From Robiginitalea sp. (GTDB lineage: Bacteria > Bacteroidota > Bacteroidia > Flavobacteriales > Flavobacteriaceae): a stretch of 60,089 nt of DNA. Shown here piece after piece: positions 9,576-18,043 of this stretch. The stretch is from positions 1 through 60,089 of the forward strand of contig JARRQA010000005.1 in assembly GCA_037382325.1 (NCBI GenBank), read 5' to 3'. The position numbers and the translations under genes were made by a program. The notes under the pieces are model-generated. The model searched no databases and was not told the origin of the DNA. It saw nothing but the letters and a program-made list of their open reading frames with translations. How positions within the stretch are numbered: the first letter of the stretch is position 1; each line of letters opens with the position of its first letter.

Positions 9576-10514
9576 ATGGTAAATATCTTCTTCTGGCTAC
9601 CGGTGATTGTGGTAGTCGTTATAATTCTATTCGCTTCTTTTTTTGTGGTTAAGCAACAGACTGCAGCGGTCATCGAACGGTTCGGTAGGTTTCAGAGCAT
9701 CCGCAATTCAGGCCTTCAGATGAAAATCCCTCTGGTGGATCGCATTTCAGGCCGCTTAAGCCTTAAAATCCAGCAACTCGATGTGATTGTGGAGACCAAG
9801 ACCCTGGACGACGTGTTCGTAAAGCTGAAAGTTTCTGTCCAATACGTGGTTATAAAAAGCAAGGTCTATGATGCCTTTTACAAGCTGGAATACCCGCATG
9901 AACAAATTACCTCCTATGTGTTTGATGTGGTTCGGGCCGAAGTCCCAAAAATGAAGCTCGATGATGTCTTCGTCAAAAAAGACGATATCGCGATTGCGGT
10001 AAAAGCTGAGTTGCAGGATGCGATGCTGGAATACGGCTACGACATCATTAAAACCCTGGTTACGGATATTGACCCCGATGCCCAGGTAAAATCTGCCATG
10101 AACCGTATCAATGCTGCCGAGCGCGAAAAGATCGCAGCCCAGTTTGAAGGCGATGCAGCCCGAATCCTCATGGTGGAAAAGGCCAAGGCTGAAGCGGAAA
10201 GTAAACGATTGCAGGGCCAGGGGATCGCAGACCAGCGCAGGGAAATTGCCCGTGGCCTGGAGGAGTCCGTGGAAGTGCTCAACAAAGTTGGAATAAATTC
10301 ACAGGAAGCCTCTGCCCTTATAGTTGTAACGCAACACTATGACACCCTGCAGGCAATAGGGGAGGAGACAAACACAAATCTCATCCTGCTGCCCAACTCG
10401 CCTGAAGCCGCGAGCAACATGCTAAACAACATGGTGGCCTCTTTCACCGCGAGTAATCAGATTGGCGAGGCCATGAAAAAACAACAGGGGTCAGCAGGAG
10501 ATAAGAAGGCATAA
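9576..10514 (+). CDS. SPFH/band 7/prohibitin domain protein
   Basis: N-terminal TM, IERFGRF, ETKTLDDVFV and an AEREK...AEAE coiled coil. Confidence 0.92.
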   Translation: MVNIFFWLPVIVVVVIILFASFFVVKQQTAAVIERFGRFQSIRNSGLQMKIPLVDRISGRLSLKIQQLDVIVETKTLDDVFVKLKVSVQYVVIKSKVYDAFYKLEYPHEQITSYVFDVVRAEVPKMKLDDVFVKKDDIAIAVKAELQDAMLEYGYDIIKTLVTDIDPDAQVKSAMNRINAAEREKIAAQFEGDAARILMVEKAKAEAESKRLQGQGIADQRREIARGLEESVEVLNKVGINSQEASALIVVTQHYDTLQAIGEETNTNLILLPNSPEAASNMLNNMVASFTASNQIGEAMKKQQGSAGDKKA

Positions 10515-10516
10515 GC

Positions 10517-10544
10517 AAAAACCCGGAAAAATCCGGGTTTTTTT
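10517..10544. terminator. Bidirectional intrinsic terminator
   Basis: AAAAACCCGGA-AAAA-TCCGGGTTTTTTT between the convergent SPFH and DUF6327-like genes. Confidence 0.88.
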
Positions 10545-10764
10545 ATTTTCTGATCTTGCGGATAATAAACCCAACGAGCCAGGAGAAAAGCAATTTCTTC
10601 AGGAACCCATCCCGAAGACTGCTTAGCAACTCCGGGGGTTCAAAACGGCTTTTTATATCGGCCAGGTCCCCCTTGATTTCCTCATGAGCAATCTGCCGCC
10701 TCAGTTTAAGGACTTTCAGGTCTTTGTCTACTTCTTCAAATGAGGTATAAATTTTATTTTTCAT
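10543..10764 (-). CDS. Small DUF6327-like protein
   Basis: 73 aa; YTSFEEVDKDLKVLKL pattern of a conserved flavobacterial small protein. 4-bp overlap with the upstream gene. Confidence 0.65.
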   Translation of the reverse strand: MKNKIYTSFEEVDKDLKVLKLRRQIAHEEIKGDLADIKSRFEPPELLSSLRDGFLKKLLFSWLVGFIIRKIRK

Positions 10765-11111
10765 TTGTCCTCGAAATAGTATTTGGAAAATTTCTTGAGA
10801 ACCGGTGCTTCAAGCCTGGAACGGAATAAATAGGCCAACAGGGCAACCACCAAATAAAAGCAGCCGACCACTAAAAAACCGTGAGTGAAATTGCCCAGGT
10901 AATTTCCGATTGCCACCGATGCCGCAACAGAAAGAAAGAGCAGGGCAAGCAGGCCCAGGGTGCCCAGGAACAGTACCACTGTCAGGGCAATGGCTACTTT
11001 CATCACAAACTTAAACGTCTTTAGCTTGTAATAATCGGCGGTACTTTCAATATAGTCCCTGGCCGCCCGCTGGGAGTCGGACAGATCATTCTTTAACTCT
11101 TCGAAAGCCAT
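10761..11111 (-). CDS. Two-TM YqjE/'phage holin family'-like membrane protein
   Basis: 116 aa with an amphipathic N-terminus (YYKLKTF) and two hydrophobic helices. Operonic with the YtxH gene. Confidence 0.7.
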   Translation of the reverse strand: MAFEELKNDLSDSQRAARDYIESTADYYKLKTFKFVMKVAIALTVVLFLGTLGLLALLFLSVAASVAIGNYLGNFTHGFLVVGCFYLVVALLAYLFRSRLEAPVLKKFSKYYFEDK

Positions 11112-11113
11112 TC

Positions 11114-11443
11114 CTATTTCTGTAACTGGGCGTTCTTTTTCCGGAGTTCTTCGAGCTTCTCTTCAAGGCTTGCGATAATATCGTCTGCCTTATAGCTCAT
11201 TTTGGAAATCGTTTCCTCCAGTCTTTTGTCAAATTCTGCTTTCTGATCCTGAGCGGACCTGGTGAGCTCGTCCCGGGCGTTACTCACCCTTTGAAGAAGG
11301 TCATCCGAAGCCTCCTCGGCCTTGTCTTTAATTCGTTGCCGTGTTTTGCTCCCCTCGTCTGGGGCGTACAGTATTCCTACTCCGGCGCCGATTGCCGCGC
11401 CAACCAGTAATGCCAGTAATACAGATCCACTATCGTTTGCCAT
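11114..11443 (-). CDS. YtxH-domain protein
   Basis: LLVGAAIGAGVGILYAPDEGSKTR signature followed by a coiled coil. Confidence 0.9.
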   Translation of the reverse strand: MANDSGSVLLALLVGAAIGAGVGILYAPDEGSKTRQRIKDKAEEASDDLLQRVSNARDELTRSAQDQKAEFDKRLEETISKMSYKADDIIASLEEKLEELRKKNAQLQK

Positions 11444-11660
11444 AATATTTTAAATTTTAAATGATTAGTAAAATGAAAAGGAGGTTTACTCCAAAAGGAC
11501 CTATAAGATACGGAATTTATCGCAGGCACCGAAAAATCACAGGCCTTGTCTAATTAAATACGGTGTAACAGCCATAAATCCTCCCGGCTGCCCGGACAAA
11601 GGCCTCAGGCGCCCTGTGAGCGACAATCACCAGAAAGGAGAAGGGATTCCTGTTATAGGA

Positions 11661-11683
11661 GAAAAAAGCCCCAGCAGGGGCTT
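11661..11683 (-). terminator. Intrinsic terminator downstream of glnS
   Basis: Minus strand reads AAGCCCC-TGCT-GGGGCTT-TTTTC, about 60 nt past the glnS stop. Confidence 0.65.
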
Positions 11684-11743
11684 ATTATAAGTCAATTCTT
11701 CATAAAATATATCGATTGGTATTTCTCGTAGGATTGGCAACTT

Positions 11744-13432
11744 CTATGATTGCTTTTGTTCGATTTTTGCCCAGGTATCCCTCAGGGTGACCGTGCGATT
11801 GAAAACGGGGTGTCCGGTGGTGCTGTCCGCGTCCACACAAAAATACCCTAGCCTTTGAAACTGAAGCCGTTCTCCGGGCTGCACATCCCTCAGGCCGGGT
11901 TCCAGTTTTGCGGTGACCGTTTTCAGGGAATCCGGGTTTATAAAATCGAGAAAATCCTTGCCTTTATGCCCGTCAGGTGTTGGGTCAGAAAAAAGCCGGT
12001 CATAAAGCCGCACTTCCCCCTCTACAGCGTGTTTTACGGAAACCCAGTGAAGGGTTCCCTTCACCTTTCGAAGACTTTCAGGGGTTCCGCTCCCGCTTTT
12101 GCTCTTTGGATCATAGCTGCAGTGTATTTCCAGAATAGTTCCCTCCGGATCCTTCACCACTGACTCCGCCTTTATTATGTAGGCATTTTTAAGGCGCACT
12201 TCCTTGCCCAGCTTGAGTCGGAAAAACTTCCGGTTTGCCTGCTCCCTGAAATCTTCCCTTTCAATATAGAGCTCTCGGGAAAAAGGCAATTCCCGGTGTC
12301 CGGCCTCCGGATCTTCAGGGTTGTTCTCCGCCACCAACCATTCTTCGGCATCTTCCTCGTAATTTGTAATAACCACCTTCACGGGGTCCAGTACCGCCAT
12401 CACCCTGGGGGTAATCTTGTTAAGGTGTTCCCTCATATGGTGGTCCAGAAGCGCGACATCCACAACATTTTCCCGTTTGGCTATACCTATGGTGTCTGCG
12501 AAATTTCGCAGGGCTTCCGGGGTACATCCGCGCCTTCTCAAGCCTGATATAGTGGGCATTCTTGGGTCATCCCAGCCCTTGACGTGGCCCTGTTCCACCA
12601 ACTGAAGGAGCTTCCTTTTGCTAACCACGGTGTGACTCAGGTTCCTCCTGGCAAATTCTCTTTGTTTCGGTCGAACCTTCTCTGTCTGGGTCACCTGGTC
12701 GAGGAACCAGTCGTACAACTCCCTGTGCGGGGCAAATTCAAGAGTGCACAAACTGTGTGAAACCTGCTCGATATAATCACTTTCCCCATGGGTCCAGTCA
12801 TAGAGAGGATAAATACACCAATCGGTATTTGTCCGGTGATGGGCCTTGTGCAGGATCCGGTACATGACCGGATCCCGCATCAGCATGTTGGGAGAAGCCA
12901 TGTCTATTTTTGCCCTGAGGACATGGGCGCCTTCCTCGAAAGCGCCCTCCTTCATCTTTTGGAAAAGCTCCAGGTTTTCCGTCACAGGCCGGTCCCGGTA
13001 TGGACTGTTTTTGCCGGCTTCTGTGGGAGTTCCCTTTTGTTTTGCGATCTCTTCAGAATTCTGACTGTCCACATAAGCCTTTCCATCCCGGATCAATGCT
13101 TCCGCCCAATCGTACAGCTGCTGGAAATAATCTGAGGCATAACACTCCCGGTCCCATTCAAACCCCAGCCATTGCACGTCTTTTTTGATGGCGTCCACAT
13201 ATTCCTGTTCCTCCTTGGTGGGGTTGGTATCGTCAAACCTGAGGTTCACCGGGGCACTGTACCGCAGGCCAAGGCCAAAATTCAGGCAAATCGAACTTGC
13301 GTGGCCAATATGCAGGTACCCGTTCGGCTCTGGTGGAAACCGAAACCGGAGCTTTTTATTTGGAAAGCCATTTTGGAGGTCCTCCTCTATAATGTGCTCT
13401 ATGAAATTCAGGGATTTTCCCTTGTCACTCAT
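11744..13432 (-). CDS. glnS: Glutamine--tRNA ligase
   Basis: RFPPEPNGYLHIGH, LRFDDTNP, HSLCTLEF, VVSKRKL, WDDPRMPTISGLRRRG and QFQRLGYF. Confidence 0.97.
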   Translation of the reverse strand: MSDKGKSLNFIEHIIEEDLQNGFPNKKLRFRFPPEPNGYLHIGHASSICLNFGLGLRYSAPVNLRFDDTNPTKEEQEYVDAIKKDVQWLGFEWDRECYASDYFQQLYDWAEALIRDGKAYVDSQNSEEIAKQKGTPTEAGKNSPYRDRPVTENLELFQKMKEGAFEEGAHVLRAKIDMASPNMLMRDPVMYRILHKAHHRTNTDWCIYPLYDWTHGESDYIEQVSHSLCTLEFAPHRELYDWFLDQVTQTEKVRPKQREFARRNLSHTVVSKRKLLQLVEQGHVKGWDDPRMPTISGLRRRGCTPEALRNFADTIGIAKRENVVDVALLDHHMREHLNKITPRVMAVLDPVKVVITNYEEDAEEWLVAENNPEDPEAGHRELPFSRELYIEREDFREQANRKFFRLKLGKEVRLKNAYIIKAESVVKDPEGTILEIHCSYDPKSKSGSGTPESLRKVKGTLHWVSVKHAVEGEVRLYDRLFSDPTPDGHKGKDFLDFINPDSLKTVTAKLEPGLRDVQPGERLQFQRLGYFCVDADSTTGHPVFNRTVTLRDTWAKIEQKQS

Positions 13433-13681
13433 CGGATCAGAATTGAAGCGGTAAAGGTAGAAAAATGCCGTTCAACGATAAAATTAATAAGTACATCCAT
13501 ACAAATCCCCCCATTTCACAACATAATTGATCCGGTCGACAACATTAAATTCATTAGGGGACCGCTATAGGCCATATTTGTTTTTAAATGAATTGGAAAC
13601 GGCATAAGCCTAAAAACCGCTTGTCGCTTTCCGCTTTTGTAGGGCATAAAAAAGTCACAAACACAATTCAAGCTGAGACTC

Positions 13682-15934
13682 ATGCGAAGAAAATTACTTC
13701 TAACCACAGCCCTACTATGTGGTTTCCTGTGGATTCAGGAAGGGTCCGCTCAGGTGCTCAATGCTCCTGAAGCAGCCCCCAACCAAACACCTCCCCCGGG
13801 AACCAACCCCTGGAGCGCGGCCTGCGCCTCTGACAGCTTTAACGACTACTGGGTGCGTTTCACCTGGGCCCCGCCCCTTGTAAATTCTGACAATGAATTT
13901 ATTCTGGAGCTCTCCAATGCAACAGGAGACTTCGCCAACGCAGTTGAGCTCGCAAGGGACGATAGCAAAAACACCGTATTTGATTTTTATTTCCAGTTCT
14001 CTTTACCCCAGGATACCCGTGGCGAGGGCTATCGTTTGCGCGTTCGTAGCACGAGTCCGGCACGTACCAGCCCCGCCTCGGATCCGTATCCGATGTACTA
14101 TCTGGATGTGACTTCCTCCCTTACCATACGTCCTCAGGGTCAGTCCGATTATGGGGACGGCACCGCAGAGGTCTGTGATGGAAACACCATAACCCTCGAA
14201 GTGTACGGGCTTCCTAATTCTAATACCTATCAGTACAATTGGTATCGCAGCGGCACGCCGCTTTCAGAAAACGGGCCATCCATAAGTGTTGCCCAAAGCG
14301 GTATGTATGCTGTAGAGCTCGATTTCGGTTCCTGTTCAGGGTCCGGTAACACCCTCTCCGACCTTATTGATGTAACTACCGGAAATAGTCTTGGAATTGC
14401 CATTAATCCCCCGGCCGTCAGCGCATTGTGTTCGGGAGAAACCGTATCACTTGAGGCCAATATTACAGGCCAGGGGCTTACCTATACCTGGTATAAGGAC
14501 GGCACGGCCATAACGAGCCCCGCGATTGACAATTCTTCCCTGTTGGTAGATGCCGGTGTCCCCGGTTTTGAAGGGGACTATCAGGTAGAGATTTTCGGGG
14601 ATGACGCCTGCGTAGAGCGTTCTGCCGCCATCACGATTACCAATGCCGGCGACTTTACGGTGACACGGGAAAACCCGGCCAATATCCTTGTACTGCCTGG
14701 ACAAAGCGCTAATCTGAGCGTGTCCACGGATGCTTCAGGGGTAACCTATCAATGGTATCGGGACGGGAATTCTATTTCCGGGGCTACCAATACCTCCCTT
14801 TCTGTTTCAGACGCTGAAACCGGCGAATACTTCGTTCGGGTCACGCTTACCGGCGGCGCATGCAGCAGCACCTCTGTGGATTCTGAAAGCACAACGGTCG
14901 TGGCCCCATCCTCATTGGGTGTAGAGATTGCATATAACGGTGATTATACTCCTTGTACCAACATCAGCACCGTCCTGGAAGTAACCCGGGTGGTTGCTCT
15001 GGACCCTGCCGGAAATGAAACGGATATCACCTCAGATGTGCTGAATGACATGACCTTCCAGTGGTATTTGAATGAAAACCCCGTAAGTGGGGCGACCGCT
15101 TCCAGCATCAGCCTGACCGATATTTCAGAAAACGGAGACTATCATGTTGAGGCGGCAATTTCTTCATACAGCCCCGTTTCAAATGATTTGCCGGTACAGC
15201 TCAGGGTTAATGAAACCCTGGACATCACCAGCTCTGACCTGACCGTATGCGGACCTGCTGAACCCGTAACCCTCAGTACCAGCAGGGACCTGACCGGGGA
15301 AACCTATGACTGGTACCGGGACGGGATTGCCCTGAACCAAAGCACGCCTGTCGTTGCGGTTAGCTCCCCGGGCACATACCAGTTGGTCCTGGAGACTAAC
15401 GGATGCCCGCTTCCCTCAAATGAAATTACCCTCAACTCCCTGGACGAAAACTTGATTGCGGTGGATCCGGGAGAAGACATCCGAATCCCGGAAGGCACCA
15501 GCAGGGTAGTAACCGCCACCGGCGGAGATAGCTATCGCTGGTACAACAGTCAAAATACCGAGATCAGCAATGCTTCAACGGTATCGCTGACAGAGGAAGG
15601 GTCATACCTGCTCATTGCCAATATAGGCGGCTGCGAGGTGAGCAAAGCCGTTACGGTTGCCTATTTAGACACTTTCAAAGTCCCCAATGTCATTTCCGTA
15701 AATGGAGACGGGATCAACGACCAATGGGTCATTCCCAACTCTTATTCCGGAAAGCCCGATGTGATTGTGACTATCTACAATGATAAGGGAGAAGAGGTTC
15801 TGAACGTAAACAATTACCAGAATAACTGGCCCGCATCCACGGCGAGTTTTTCACGCCAGAATATGGTGTTCTATTACAAGATCCGCAACGCGGAAAAAAC
15901 ACTGAAACAAGGTACGATTACCGTCATACGCTAG
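13682..15934 (+). CDS. sprC: Gliding motility protein SprC-like, Ig-like repeats with a T9SS type B C-terminal domain
   Basis: Signal peptide, repeated YQWY.DG Ig motifs and a C-terminal VPNVISVNGDGINDQW...GTITVIR. First gene of a sprC-D-B-F-like operon. Confidence 0.75.
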   Translation: MRRKLLLTTALLCGFLWIQEGSAQVLNAPEAAPNQTPPPGTNPWSAACASDSFNDYWVRFTWAPPLVNSDNEFILELSNATGDFANAVELARDDSKNTVFDFYFQFSLPQDTRGEGYRLRVRSTSPARTSPASDPYPMYYLDVTSSLTIRPQGQSDYGDGTAEVCDGNTITLEVYGLPNSNTYQYNWYRSGTPLSENGPSISVAQSGMYAVELDFGSCSGSGNTLSDLIDVTTGNSLGIAINPPAVSALCSGETVSLEANITGQGLTYTWYKDGTAITSPAIDNSSLLVDAGVPGFEGDYQVEIFGDDACVERSAAITITNAGDFTVTRENPANILVLPGQSANLSVSTDASGVTYQWYRDGNSISGATNTSLSVSDAETGEYFVRVTLTGGACSSTSVDSESTTVVAPSSLGVEIAYNGDYTPCTNISTVLEVTRVVALDPAGNETDITSDVLNDMTFQWYLNENPVSGATASSISLTDISENGDYHVEAAISSYSPVSNDLPVQLRVNETLDITSSDLTVCGPAEPVTLSTSRDLTGETYDWYRDGIALNQSTPVVAVSSPGTYQLVLETNGCPLPSNEITLNSLDENLIAVDPGEDIRIPEGTSRVVTATGGDSYRWYNSQNTEISNASTVSLTEEGSYLLIANIGGCEVSKAVTVAYLDTFKVPNVISVNGDGINDQWVIPNSYSGKPDVIVTIYNDKGEEVLNVNNYQNNWPASTASFSRQNMVFYYKIRNAEKTLKQGTITVIR

Positions 15935-15940
15935 TAAACA

Positions 15941-18043
15941 ATGAAACGCAAATTACTGTTCTTGTTGATTTTGCTCTCTGTCCTGCCTTTTGTCAGCGCA
16001 CAGGAAGACAATCCTTTCATAGCCTATGAGGTGCCATCTCAGAACTTGCTTAAATTCAACAGGTTCCTGATAAACCCCACGTTTTCGACGGTACGGGAAG
16101 ATAAATCCTATATCAACTTACTGCACAGAAACCAGGCGGTTTCTTTTGACGATAACAACCAGAGCTATTTTTTAAGCTATAGCGGGCGTATCGGAGACAG
16201 GTCCGGACTGGGACTCAGCCTGTATACCCAAAGGGAAGGAACCCTGAGCAATTACGGTGTGCTTGCCAACTATGCCTACGGTGTTAAGTTGAGCGATAAA
16301 AGCAATTTTACTTTTGGAGCCAACCTGTCTTATTACAACAGCGGCTTTGATGAAAGCCGTGCGAATCCGGTTGAAGAGGATCCCTTTTTAAGCGGTTTCC
16401 AGGACAGCTCCCTGCTGACATTCCAACCCGGCTTTAACATCTCATACGAGGCTTTTGATTTTGGAATGTATGCAGAAAACCTGATTGACTACAACCTTAA
16501 AACAAGTGAGTCGATCACCAGCTTTAAAGAAAAAACCTTTTCCGGACACCTGCAATATACCCATCAGTTTCAAAACACAACAGGTGTTTTTGAACAGGGC
16601 CGTTTAATGCCGCTTGCCCGGGTACGGAAAGTCGGGGAGGACGATCTGGTGCTGGGCGGTAACCTCATCCTCGACCTGCCCAAGATTGGCTGGCTCCAGG
16701 GAGGTTATGACAGTTTCTACGGTGCTTCAGCCGGTATTGGCTTCAATCTCAACAAGCGGTTATCCATTGGATACACCATGGAAAAAGGGCTGACCGATAC
16801 CTTCGACAACTTTGGTGTAACGCACGAGATTTCCTTCGCCTATTCCTTTACGCCAAACCTTACCGAAGACCGTGTAATGCTGGAAGAGGGCTATGAGGAA
16901 AGCCTGGTTTCCAATGAGGAACAATCACCAGAAACCCAGACGATGACCGCTAAAGATCAGGAAATCGCCGAACTCAGAAGACGCCTTGCTGAAAATGATG
17001 CCATCCTGGCCGAGCTCATGTTCCGTCAGGACTCCATGGAACAAAACCGGCAGCAGGACCTTGAAAAGCGCTTCGAGATGGTTATGCGGATGGTTCGACA
17101 GGAAACCGGAGGGAAGCGCCCTGATGTGGAAGAAAAGGCCAAAAAACTCTACTTCATCAACAACGACAAAGATGCGCTCGCGCAAAAGGACACATCGAAA
17201 AAAGCGGTGGCGCCTCAGCCTGAGACGGCCAAAGTACCTGAGGTTTCAACGCCCCGGATTAAGCGAAAAGATGCGGTCGCTGCCACTGAACGTTCCCAGC
17301 CCAGAACCCCGGAAGTCGCACGGGACAAAACCCAGGCCGAAAAAACAGCTTCAACAGCCGTTGCCTCCAGCGTGAAGCACCGTAAGTTCCGCGACCTGCA
17401 GGATGTGGCTGATGGGTATTATGTGGTTGCCAACGTCTATAAAGGCTCCCATTACCTGAACAAGTTTCTGGAGGACCTGCGTTCCCGCGGTATTGAGGCA
17501 TCCTATATCGAAAATCCGAACAACGGGCTTAAATACGTGTATCTGAAACGCTTTGATTCCTGGGGAGGTGCGGAAGAAGCTGTACGTTCCGGATTTGACG
17601 GAGACTACCAGGGGGCGCTTTGGGTAATGGATGTAGACAACCGGTACACCAATGAAGCCTATGCTGCCAATGCTGAAAAAGTAAGAGACCGGGCCTCGAA
17701 GTATGAAAACAATGTCCTCCGAAAGAATGTGGTTGTGAGAGATCAGGTAACTACTGCCGAAAGGACGGAAGACATCCTTGCTGAATCCGGAGACGGCACA
17801 CGCTATTTCCTGATCGCCAACGTATTCTCTCAGAAGAAATATGCCGATCGGTTTGTGCGCTATCTGAATTCTAAAGGGCTGAATGCAAGCTACTTTATTA
17901 ATCCGGAAAACAATTACAGATACGTGTATCTGAAACGCCATGACAACTGGAACAGTGCGCTGATCTCCTATTACTCAAAACTGAACGACAGTTATGAGGA
18001 GAAAATGTGGATCATGCGTGTCACCCCTAATCTTATCGCCTAA
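15941..18043 (+). CDS. sprD: SprD-like protein: PorP/SprF barrel, coiled coil and two SPOR-like repeats
   Basis: FLINPTFS, SGLGLSLY, YAYGVKL and GVTHEISFAYSF mark a PorP/SprF barrel. Two C-terminal repeats of the form YY/YF..ANV...YVYLKR. Confidence 0.72.
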   Translation: MKRKLLFLLILLSVLPFVSAQEDNPFIAYEVPSQNLLKFNRFLINPTFSTVREDKSYINLLHRNQAVSFDDNNQSYFLSYSGRIGDRSGLGLSLYTQREGTLSNYGVLANYAYGVKLSDKSNFTFGANLSYYNSGFDESRANPVEEDPFLSGFQDSSLLTFQPGFNISYEAFDFGMYAENLIDYNLKTSESITSFKEKTFSGHLQYTHQFQNTTGVFEQGRLMPLARVRKVGEDDLVLGGNLILDLPKIGWLQGGYDSFYGASAGIGFNLNKRLSIGYTMEKGLTDTFDNFGVTHEISFAYSFTPNLTEDRVMLEEGYEESLVSNEEQSPETQTMTAKDQEIAELRRRLAENDAILAELMFRQDSMEQNRQQDLEKRFEMVMRMVRQETGGKRPDVEEKAKKLYFINNDKDALAQKDTSKKAVAPQPETAKVPEVSTPRIKRKDAVAATERSQPRTPEVARDKTQAEKTASTAVASSVKHRKFRDLQDVADGYYVVANVYKGSHYLNKFLEDLRSRGIEASYIENPNNGLKYVYLKRFDSWGGAEEAVRSGFDGDYQGALWVMDVDNRYTNEAYAANAEKVRDRASKYENNVLRKNVVVRDQVTTAERTEDILAESGDGTRYFLIANVFSQKKYADRFVRYLNSKGLNASYFINPENNYRYVYLKRHDNWNSALISYYSKLNDSYEEKMWIMRVTPNLIA

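Noticed and set aside
10761-11111. Prophage lysis gene
   Set aside because: No endolysin, structural or integrase genes nearby; the context is a conserved chromosomal triad.
11450-11660. Possible ncRNA or riboswitch between glnS and the YtxH gene
   Set aside because: There is a GC-richer patch but no convincing stem set or recognisable family motif; an Rfam/Infernal search would be needed.
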